A stretch of DNA of 64,000 nucleotides, from IMG/VR virus record IMGVR_UViG_641509421_000001, positions 6,580 to 70,579 of that record; one strand, 5' to 3'. Source of the DNA: a virus. Taxonomy: Duplodnaviria; Caudoviricetes. The stretch's first letter is position 1. Every line of letters starts with the position of its first letter. The notes below the pieces were generated by a model. The model ran no database searches. It was not told where the DNA came from and was given only the letters and a program-made list of their open reading frames with translations. Positions 56,747 through 64,000 of the stretch are shown piece after piece. A program made the position numbers and the translations under genes.

Positions 56747-57189
56747 TTTCTCTCCTCTTCCTCAAGTACTGTAATGTCGAGTCCGTATCCGCAGTATCCC
56801 ACCCCCATTGACCAACCAACTTCAAGGTCGAGAACGTGCTTCATGTTCGCAAGAATGAACCACTTAGTATAGCCATCTTGTGTTTCCACGCTAGTGATTG
56901 CATGGTCAATGTTCTGCGGGTGCAAGAAGAACGATTCGAGATTAGTGTAAGCGCAACAGGAGCCATTGTCTGCTATGGCGTATCGCTTCCCGTTGTCTAA
57001 GGTAAGGATAAGTCCGGGTTCGATCCTCTCCCAGTAGTAGTCATCACTACAGAGGACTTCCTTCTTCTCGGCCTTGACAATCTTCCTGCCGATCAGGATG
57101 TCTTCTAGCTCTTGCACGCTTTTAGGCATAGTGCCGTTATCTTCTTGGTCCTCGCTGAGGGTATCTTCTGGGTATATGCGGTTAGTCAT
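56743..57189 (-). CDS. Hypothetical protein, first gene of the leftward arm
   Basis: SD AGGAGGAGG; GRKIV..LTLDNG..CCAYT. Confidence 0.82.
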   Translation of the reverse strand: MTNRIYPEDTLSEDQEDNGTMPKSVQELEDILIGRKIVKAEKKEVLCSDDYYWERIEPGLILTLDNGKRYAIADNGSCCAYTNLESFFLHPQNIDHAITSVETQDGYTKWFILANMKHVLDLEVGWSMGVGYCGYGLDITVLEEEERK

Positions 57190-57221
57190 ATCCTCCTCCT
57201 TCTTGTGTTGGTGTGGTGTTG

Positions 57222-57250
57222 AGTTTACACGATACTCTCTAGTGTGTCAA
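57222..57250 (-). promoter_or_regulatory. SigA-type promoter
   Basis: TTGACA-17-TAAACT. Confidence 0.8.
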
Positions 57251-57300
57251 CTCTTTAGGGCTACTCCTTGAAGCAGCGGAACCTTGCCCTGATAGTGGAA

Positions 57301-57329
57301 AGCTTACCACCTATGAAATCTCATGTCAA
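57301..57329 (-). promoter_or_regulatory. SigA-type promoter (tandem)
   Basis: TTGACA-17-TAAGCT with TG extension. Confidence 0.8.
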
Positions 57330-57401
57330 CAAAACTCTTCTCTTGGTTTTGCGATTTTGATTTTCATGTCACTCACTTTACACGACTCAGATTAAAAGTC
57401 A

Positions 57402-57708
57402 AACGGGCGCACTAACGGGCGCACAAACGGGCGCACTAACGGGCGGTCTAATGGGCGCACAAACGGGCGGTCTAACGGGCGGTCTAACGGGCGCACTAAC
57501 GGGCGCACTAACGGGCGCACAAACGGGCGCACAAACGGGCGGTCTAACGGGCGGTCTAATGGGCGCACAAACGGGCGCACAAACGGGCGGTCTAACGGGC
57601 GGTCTAACGGGCGCACAAACGGGCGCACAAACGGGCGGTCTAACGGGCGGTCTAATGGGCGCACAAACGGGCGCACAAACGGGCGGTCTAACGGGCGGTC
57701 TAACGGGC
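57402..57708. repeat. Tandem array of 25 x 12-bp units AAYGGGCG(CACT/CACA/GTCT)
   Basis: Exact 12-bp period, four variants. Confidence 0.97.
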
Positions 57709-58074
57709 ACCGCCTGCCGGAGCAGCCTCTGACTTAATTACGTCACAGTGACGTTAATGACCCTAAGGTGGAGTCTCCTTAATTACGTCACTCATTAATT
57801 CCGTGACGAAAGTGCTAGAGCTCTGCCTAGGCCAATAAAACATCAGGTCACAATAAGTATTGACGCTTCCCTAGGAAAGCCTCGGAGCTGCACTTATATT
57901 GATTCTCCTCCCCGCAGAAAGATCTAAAAATCCTAGACCCCAATTCATATTTAATTGCGCCACGTGACGAAAAGGAAAAGGTAATTAAGTCCCCCTAGCG
58001 ACTGGCCCTTTGATCTCCTGGAGGCTTGCTCCTCTTATTACCCTTTTAATGTACATGTACATGTATATCTCTAT

Positions 58075-58252
58075 GCTATATATTTATGTTTTATTATTTA
58101 TATGTAATTTATTTATATTTTATTATTTATTATTTATTTTTTATATTTATTATTTATTATTTATTATTTATTATTTATTATATATTATATATTTATATTA
58201 TATTTATTTATTATTTATATTTATTTATTATTTATATATTATATTTTTACTT
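58075..58252. repeat. Nearly pure A/T low-complexity tract (TATT/TTTA)
   Basis: About 180 bp with only a few G/C. Confidence 0.92.
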
Positions 58253-58508
58253 ATCACTTGTGCTACCTGTAGCAGACGTGCTATGTATCAAACTATCTAC
58301 TTAGGTTAGGTTTACCTAACCTAACCCATATCTATATAGATATTACCTTACCTACTTAGGTAAGGTTACCTTAAGTATTTAGGTATCTATAGATACCTAT
58401 GTACATACATGCGCACGCGCGTGATACCGGCTCCGCTGTCTGTTTGTCAACTTTTTGAGCAATTAAATTCATGTGACATTCATCACCTAAAAATTGCTTG
58501 GGGTTGGT

Positions 58509-58536
58509 TTGCATTTTTCAAACAATGGGGTATAGT
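58509..58536 (+). promoter_or_regulatory. Early promoter
   Basis: TTGCAT-16-TATAGT. Confidence 0.55.
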
Positions 58537-58672
58537 TCTAGTTATCGGCAACGAAAACAGCAGGAAATAACCCGCTGAATTTAATTGTCCGATAGCTTGC
58601 AATAGCTTTCATTGTGTGCCACAATTGGAAGTGCAAGCAACACTAACCACAACTCTGAAAGGGATAGTCAAC

Positions 58673-59059
58673 ATGACTAACCTTAAGTTCCCTAGTTCGG
58701 CCTACAAGCCACTGTGGAGGAATTTCCCTAACCCCGGTAGCCGTAAATTTGCTTATGCTACTACCATGGAAACAATGGCAGATACTAACGGTAATCTTGT
58801 TTTTGGTATCTATCACCACAACTCACTAATTGCCGTAATTGGTGAAAATGAGGTATCTGTGAGTGCCGCGGGTTGGGCTAGTCGTACAGCGGCTGACCGG
58901 ATCGACCGCATTCTGTGGGATAACGCTACCGGTTCCCGCGGCGTTAACCGCAAAGGGGAAGCTCAGTTTATCAACTTTTCTAGCGGCGAACTAACAGACA
59001 TGCCATACAATGAGTTTGTGACCTATCCCACAAACAAAGCCATGAATTTAATTGCCTAA
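58673..59059 (+). CDS. Hypothetical early protein
   Basis: SD GAAAGGGA; YHHNSLIA..AGWASRTAADRI. Confidence 0.8.
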   Translation: MTNLKFPSSAYKPLWRNFPNPGSRKFAYATTMETMADTNGNLVFGIYHHNSLIAVIGENEVSVSAAGWASRTAADRIDRILWDNATGSRGVNRKGEAQFINFSSGELTDMPYNEFVTYPTNKAMNLIA

Positions 59060-59146
59060 AAATTTGCCAGACTTTCAGAAGTGTGGTTAAATAATAGTTG
59101 TAAGGCAGAAAGCCTTAAACACCTAAGTTTCTTGAAAGGAAACACC

Positions 59147-59401
59147 ATGTTAGCTATCCATGAATTGATCGTCGGATCGTCTGTAGATATTGAGCACGAC
59201 GGAAACATCTACAAAGTCCACGCGGAAACTCTATTTCACTTGATTATTCGTAAGGTGGGTGAACGGGAACAATATATTTATTCTGTCAACGGCAGAAATG
59301 TGCGACCGGGCAAAAACACCAAATGGACAAACAAAAACGATCAGGCTAGTGAGCTCTTAAAAGTCGGTGCGAAAGCTTCAGGGCTGCTACTTTCTCGCTA
59401 A
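59147..59401 (+). CDS. Hypothetical early protein
   Basis: Starts in the repeated leader. Confidence 0.82.
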   Translation: MLAIHELIVGSSVDIEHDGNIYKVHAETLFHLIIRKVGEREQYIYSVNGRNVRPGKNTKWTNKNDQASELLKVGAKASGLLLSR

Positions 59402-60151
59402 CCCCCTCCCCCTTAACGGGGGTAGGCACTAGGCACATTCTTGCAACAACGTTAGAATGTGTGTAGGCTTACCCTAGTAGGCAACTCCCCCTAAGTTTCT
59501 TGAAAGGAAACACCATGTTTAATCTATCAACCGCTATCAACGAAGTAGTTAACGATGTTGTCCGTGATTCGTTCGCTACGTCCGCACACTATGCCGATGA
59601 ATATGAAATGATTATCCTTGAGGCCGTGACCGAATTTTTTGACCAAAATTCCAGCGCGATTGACGAAGATTACGCCGATAGGCTGGTAGATTACGCCGAT
59701 AATGTGGAAGAACTCAAAGCAGAAATTTTTGAGGAGTACGCACAGGTGCTCATCAGTGATTATCTGGACTCTGACGTGCTCACTAATGCGCTACGCGAAA
59801 ACTGTGACCTATCCATCGTATACACTGAAGATGTTTTCCGCTTTTACATGGAGAATATGAGCGAATGCGACGAAGCGTTAAGCGAACTAGGAGGAGCCGA
59901 TCAATATGGTTCGATCAGTGAAGCCCTAAGTGTGGCCGTAGCTTTCGTCCGTGAACGTCAAGCGGCGGAAGAGCTAACAGAAACACTAGAAACTATCCAC
60001 GACAGTCTAGACTGTAGCTTAATTGAGCTTTAACCCCCTCCCCCTTAACGGGGGTAGGCACTAGGCACATTCTTGCAACAACGTTAGAATGTGTGTAGGC
60101 TTACCCTAGTAGGCAACTCCCCCTAAGTTTCTTGAAAGGAAACACCATGTT
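59399..60151 (+). repeat. Identical 121-bp intergenic modules (59399-59519, 60031-60151): hairpin + promoter + RBS
   Basis: CCCCC-TTAAC-GGGGG hairpin, TTGCAA-17-TAGGCT, inverted repeat CACATTCT/AGAATGTG. Confidence 0.95.
59515..60033 (+). CDS. Highly acidic helical protein (possible DNA mimic)
   Basis: D/E-rich, few basic residues. Confidence 0.85.
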   Translation: MFNLSTAINEVVNDVVRDSFATSAHYADEYEMIILEAVTEFFDQNSSAIDEDYADRLVDYADNVEELKAEIFEEYAQVLISDYLDSDVLTNALRENCDLSIVYTEDVFRFYMENMSECDEALSELGGADQYGSISEALSVAVAFVRERQAAEELTETLETIHDSLDCSLIEL

Positions 60152-60626
60152 AGACTCATTTTATGAGTGGTTAGACGACTTTTCGCTAGAATGCGATAAC
60201 GGTCGAGGCTATGTGTCAATTGCTGAACCCCTAGACGTCCACATTGAGAGCGCGGAAAACGTAGGGCATGAACTAACCTTTAACCCCCGCGTGTTGTCGG
60301 ATAATATCGAACACCTGCTAAGGAATTATCCTGATCTAAGCGGCTGCGTAGATACGGCATTTCATGAGGATTGCTTGCATATTGATTTTTTCATTGGTGA
60401 GAATATCGCAGATGAAAAACAACTGGAAGACTGTTTTAATCGTGCTTGGGGTGCTATTGCAACTGTTCTAAACTCACTTGATCCGGGTTCTTTTGGTAGC
60501 GCATATTTGTTCGATATGCAAGGAATGACCACCCTTAAGGGGTACGACGAATGTCCAGACTGTGAGTTTTGCGGTGAACCTCTAGATTATTGCTTGGGTG
60601 GCCATGAATGGATTGAGGAAAACTAA
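60147..60626 (+). CDS. Acidic protein with C-terminal Cys/His cluster
   Basis: CPDCEFCGEPLDYCLGGH. Confidence 0.85.
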   Translation: MLDSFYEWLDDFSLECDNGRGYVSIAEPLDVHIESAENVGHELTFNPRVLSDNIEHLLRNYPDLSGCVDTAFHEDCLHIDFFIGENIADEKQLEDCFNRAWGAIATVLNSLDPGSFGSAYLFDMQGMTTLKGYDECPDCEFCGEPLDYCLGGHEWIEEN

Positions 60627-60733
60627 ACTAACCCCGTTTGGGGGTGGCGGGTTGACTCACTCCCCCTCCTGTGGTTAAATAATAGATATCAGGCAAAAGC
60701 CTTAAACACCTAAGTTTCTTGAAAGGAAACACC

Positions 60734-61042
60734 ATGTTTGAAGTAACAGCCCCTTTCCACCGCGAAATTATCTATCGCGTTTGGTGCTGCCTTGAAAGCA
60801 AAAACCACCCCGGCGCGTCCAGTGTGAACGATGAAACTACCGGCGTAGGAGTTGACACTGTAGGGCACTATGCCGATTCATGTTTCGTCGGTGGTGACTG
60901 TCCGCCACTTGAAGTTCACCCCGGCGAAGTGTTGGTCGCCCCCCGTCGTGATGGTGGGTTCCCGGTAATTCTAGTTTCTAGTGCGGTGCAAAACTGGCTA
61001 GAACAATACGGTAACAATGACGGTATTTTGGGTGTATGGTAG
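60734..61042 (+). CDS. Hypothetical early protein
   Basis: Starts in repeated leader; ends TAG, frame stays open to 61198. Confidence 0.8.
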   Translation: MFEVTAPFHREIIYRVWCCLESKNHPGASSVNDETTGVGVDTVGHYADSCFVGGDCPPLEVHPGEVLVAPRRDGGFPVILVSSAVQNWLEQYGNNDGILGVW

Positions 61043-61168
61043 GGTAGTCGAACGGATACCGCAGTTCAGACGTTAGCGGATGATCTCACGCTCTTGCCCT
61101 TGGTCATTCCCGCGGCGAGTACGATATTTGGGACGTGGCTAACGGTTGCTGCGTTCCGCTATCGGGAC

Positions 61169-61195
61169 AACAACAACAACAACAACAACAACAAC
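61169..61195 (+). repeat. (AAC)9 microsatellite
   Basis: Nine AAC units then TAA. Confidence 0.95.
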
Positions 61196-61231
61196 TAAGC
61201 CCCCTAAGGGGGCTCGAAAGGAACTTTTACT

Positions 61232-61840
61232 ATGTCTATTTTCCACACTGTACACGATAGCTCACTAACCACCATTGAATGCACTACCGGCGAAATTGTT
61301 AGGGTCGGCTATGATGAAATGCCCGAATGCCCACTAGATTGGGATGTCTTTGGGGCTAGTGCTTGCAGGCGTGTTGACCGTCACCATGATAGCGACTTTC
61401 TAGGCGATGACGACACTGTAACAGCTTATAGGGATCATTTGGCAGATATTGACGAATGGGAAAACGAAGTTAGCGAACTGGCTAACGAAAAAGCGGATGA
61501 TGAGGGGGTAGACGTTTTTGATAGCAATTGGAACCACACCCCCGAATATATGGACATCTGGCAAGACGTTGTCTTACACTACCGCCCCATGCCGGAATGT
61601 CCGGTTATTGTTCGCCGTAGCGGAGAATGTGAGGCGATAGTCAATAAAGTTCAACCCGATTTCATGCGCGGTGTTGTGCTGGCTGATTTGGCTCATGACG
61701 TGCTAGAAACATTTGAGCAGTGGGCAGATGGCGAGGTATATATGATTGAGGTTGAACACCCGAACGGTGACACTGATGTTATCGGGGGTATCTATGGTGA
61801 TATGCCCACCACGGAACAAGACGTTCAAGATTATTTGTGA
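61232..61840 (+). CDS. Acidic hypothetical protein
   Basis: SD GAAAGGA; PECPLDWD, WADGEVY, IGGIYG. Confidence 0.85.
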   Translation: MSIFHTVHDSSLTTIECTTGEIVRVGYDEMPECPLDWDVFGASACRRVDRHHDSDFLGDDDTVTAYRDHLADIDEWENEVSELANEKADDEGVDVFDSNWNHTPEYMDIWQDVVLHYRPMPECPVIVRRSGECEAIVNKVQPDFMRGVVLADLAHDVLETFEQWADGEVYMIEVEHPNGDTDVIGGIYGDMPTTEQDVQDYL

Positions 61841-61859
61841 ATATAATTCCTTGAAACAG

Positions 61860-61888
61860 TTGCGCTAGTTTTTGTTGTGTGTCATAAT
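61860..61888 (+). promoter_or_regulatory. Early promoter (similar copy at about 62735-62763)
   Basis: TTGCGC/TTGCGT-17-CATAAT, both with TGTGT extension and similar leaders. Confidence 0.75.
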
Positions 61889-61927
61889 TAAAGGGTAAGG
61901 CACACAACAACGCAAAGGAAGTAAAAA

Positions 61928-62164
61928 ATGTTCGCACTTATCATTATCGCAGGGTTCACCGTTTCCGCTCTGGTTCTTGTTTTCGCGGGTTGCGCTATCG
62001 TTTCCGCCGCCAAGGACGCTAAGCGCAACAACGCGCGTAAGCTGGCTAATGAAGCTCTGCGACGCGCACGTGTTGAGGATCACTTCAACGGTTCTCAGAT
62101 GGCGTGGGTACGCAACGAGAACTGCACCCTTAACGGCGCACGTCGTACTGTTAACGGGTTCTAA
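61928..62164 (+). CDS. Membrane-anchored small protein
   Basis: SD AAAGGA; N-terminal TM. Confidence 0.8.
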   Translation: MFALIIIAGFTVSALVLVFAGCAIVSAAKDAKRNNARKLANEALRRARVEDHFNGSQMAWVRNENCTLNGARRTVNGF

Positions 62165-62240
62165 ATTCCATGGTGGGGAGCGCATACCATAATAACGCCA
62201 CTAACACAACACCACACCACGACACCTTTAAGGGGTTACC

Positions 62241-62366
62241 ATGCTAGAACTTATTCACCACGTGTTCACCATCATTGTTGTTCACGATTATATCCCCCTC
62301 AGCGGTGGGGTAATCATGGAAGACTCCCCCGTCCTTGAATTGGCTTATAAGATTGCAGGGTTGTAA
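62241..62366 (+). CDS. Small hypothetical protein (41 aa)
   Basis: SD AAGGGG; MLELIHHVFTII..KIAGL. Confidence 0.55.
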   Translation: MLELIHHVFTIIVVHDYIPLSGGVIMEDSPVLELAYKIAGL

Positions 62367-62368
62367 AC

Positions 62369-62479
62369 ATGAGTGTCCCAAAGTTCAGCGCCCAAGCGGA
62401 GAATATGCACACCGCGCCCAAAGCAGACCATAAAGCACCCCGGCCGGTATTTATTGCCCCTGACACGATCGGAGAATAG
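62369..62479 (+). CDS. Small hypothetical protein (36 aa)
   Basis: Tiles between neighbours; MSVPKFSAQ..TIGE. Confidence 0.5.
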   Translation: MSVPKFSAQAENMHTAPKADHKAPRPVFIAPDTIGE

Positions 62480-62480
62480 A

Positions 62481-62678
62481 ATGAGTGTTTTTCATGGGGA
62501 TGGTGAAATGTCAGTATCAACCACTAACGCGGCTCTACAGTGGAACTCTGACACCCCGTTCCATAGTGAGACGAAGACATACGACGCAATGAACGCTACG
62601 TTCATCAATGGTTATCTCAGCAGTGCAGAGCTTTCCCAGTTCCTAGCGGATAGTAGGCAAGGCATGGAAGATAGCTAG
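62481..62678 (+). CDS. Small hypothetical protein
   Basis: SD GGAG; MSVFHGDGE..; terminator follows. Confidence 0.65.
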   Translation: MSVFHGDGEMSVSTTNAALQWNSDTPFHSETKTYDAMNATFINGYLSSAELSQFLADSRQGMEDS

Positions 62679-62683
62679 AAACT

Positions 62684-62711
62684 AAGCCCCGATAATCGGG
62701 GGTTTATTTTT
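62684..62711 (+). terminator. Rho-independent terminator
   Basis: AAGCCCCGAT-AATCGGGGGTTT then T-rich tail. Confidence 0.75.
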
Positions 62712-62805
62712 ATGAATTTAATTCGCTCAAAAAGTTGCGTTGTTGAGGTGGGTGTGTCATAATTAAAAGGTAAGAAAGAAACAACAACGAAAAGGAAATG
62801 AAGAC

Positions 62806-62952
62806 ATGTACGCACAGTTTGTTAAGTCCATTCAGATCAGCGGTTCCCGTTTCGACCTTATGAAACTTGATGGGGTTGCTACTTGGTGCTATGAATCTGG
62901 CGCTATCGTCAAAAACGATGACACTTTGGCGTTAATCGCGCTTAACGTTTAA
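62806..62952 (+). CDS. Small hypothetical protein (48 aa)
   Basis: Own promoter, SD AAAGGA and terminator; MYAQFVKSIQISG.. Confidence 0.7.
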   Translation: MYAQFVKSIQISGSRFDLMKLDGVATWCYESGAIVKNDDTLALIALNV

Positions 62953-62962
62953 GGTGAGTTTT

Positions 62963-62989
62963 AAGCCCCCTTTAAGGGGGTTTATTTTT
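62963..62989 (+). terminator. Rho-independent terminator
   Basis: AAGCCCCCTT-T-AAGGGGGTTT then ATTTTT. Confidence 0.8.
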
Positions 62990-63229
62990 ATGTCTAGGGT
63001 GGAGCGGATCTGCTACACTATAAATTTTTCCCGTTGGGGGTAAACGTGACAGTGACGTTAATAGGCCATAGGGGAGTGACCAACACTGCTTTTAGTCTGT
63101 TAGCGGGGCATAGAGGCCTTGTTTTGAGGGTCAATGTTCGCGATGATGGTTATTGTCGTGACGTAATGACGTCATCCCGGGGGTGCTGTCCGTTGTGCTT
63201 TTTATGGTGCGTTGTGGTAGGGGGTTGTG

Positions 63230-63870
63230 TGGAGTAGGGGGTACTATAGGGGGTAGTTTGTGCGTGCTTAGGGGGTAGTGTAGGGGGTAGGTTATATAGT
63301 AGGTGTGCTCTATAGGGGGTTATGGAGTAGGTGTGCTATATATAGGCTATATATGTAGGTCTATATAGGTAGGTGCTATATGTAGCACGTGTGATATATG
63401 GCCTTAGTGAGTAGGTGTGCTACCTATGTAGCATATGTGATATATAGTAGGTGTGCTATGTAGTAGGTGTTCTATATAGTAGTCGTGCTATATGTAGCGC
63501 ATGTGATACGTTAGGTGTGCCTCATGTTGTTCGATAAGGTGTGCCTAAGTTAGGTGTGCCTATGTAGCGATGGTGATACATGTAGCTAGTGTGATACGTT
63601 AGGTTACCCTTAGTTAGGTGTCCCTTACTTAGGGTCACCTTAGTTAGCGGTTGTGATATGTAGCGGGGTTGCTACTAAGTGTTACCTTACTTAGGCTAGA
63701 CTAACTTAGGGTTGGCTTAGTTGTTAGGTATGCCTTAGTTAGGCTGGCCTTACTTAGGTATGCCTTTGTTAGGTTCGGCTTAGTTAGGCTAGGCTAAGTA
63801 TCGGGGTTGCTACGTGTTGAGGTTAGGCTTGGCTTAGTTAGGGTTGGCTAACTAAGGGTTGCCTTTGTAG
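63230..63870. repeat. Non-coding region of degenerate short repeats (GTAGGTGTGCTA, ATGTAGC-N4-GTGATA, TTAGTTAGG)
   Basis: No ORFs in track; multiple iterated motifs. Confidence 0.85.
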
Positions 63871-64000
63871 CACACATGAAGCACGGGACACATAACGTTT
63901 GATTGGGAAACCATTGGGGACACCAACGATTGGGTAGGACAATGATTAGGGGAGGGGGTGGGACTCCCCCCGCACCCCGAAAGCCCGGCCCCTTCGGTGC

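Larger units (their letters stand above)
59122..60738 (+). repeat. Four copies of the 30-bp leader CCTAAGTTTCTTGAAAGGAAACACCATGTT
   Basis: At 59122, 59490, 60122 and 60709; each supplies SD and ATG. Confidence 0.95.

Noticed and set aside
57392-57732. RPxx / PVxx / GxxT repeat proteins
   Set aside because: Products of a stop-free 12-bp repeat open in several frames; no RBS
58010-58309. Y/I/L/F-rich ORFs
   Set aside because: Translation of an A/T low-complexity tract
63540-63850. Telomeric (TTAGG)n repeats
   Set aside because: Degenerate, interspersed and present in both orientations; not a tandem telomere tract
1-64000. Genome-wide TAG reassignment (code 15)
   Set aside because: Long genes are intact under code 11 and several end in TAG directly before the next start
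1-64000. Prophage, integrase, reverse transcriptase or DGR
   Set aside because: No integrase, repressor or RT motifs and no host genes recognised in the window

Overview
Most of the genome of a lytic actinobacterial siphovirus, probably infecting Corynebacterium. Host is inferred from WhiB, class Ib NrdEF, a DnaE-type polymerase, a GH19 lysin and a ThyX intein, a gene set recalling phage P1201. No integrase or repressor was seen. + strand (1-34.1 kb): a 109-bp tandem array, early genes, intein-containing ThyX, a MazG-like gene, HNH genes, an intein-containing terminase, head/tail genes with two GGGAAAA slippery sites, and lysis genes. - strand (34.1-57.3 kb): primase-helicase, WhiB, RuvC-like resolvase, DnaE split across two ORFs, a 1.3-kb tRNA/ncRNA operon, recombination genes, an SNF2 helicase, NrdF and NrdE (mini-intein). 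Right end (57.4-64 kb): a 12-bp array, an origin-like AT-rich block, a cassette-like array of small early genes behind repeated promoter/RBS modules, and motif-rich non-coding flanks. The most unusual items are two unexplained structured RNAs (one ending in CCA), an atypical C1:G72 tRNA-Tyr, three ORFs that continue past an in-frame UAG, the split DnaE, and the repeat-bounded gene cassettes. All calls were made by eye, with no database searches or folding runs.
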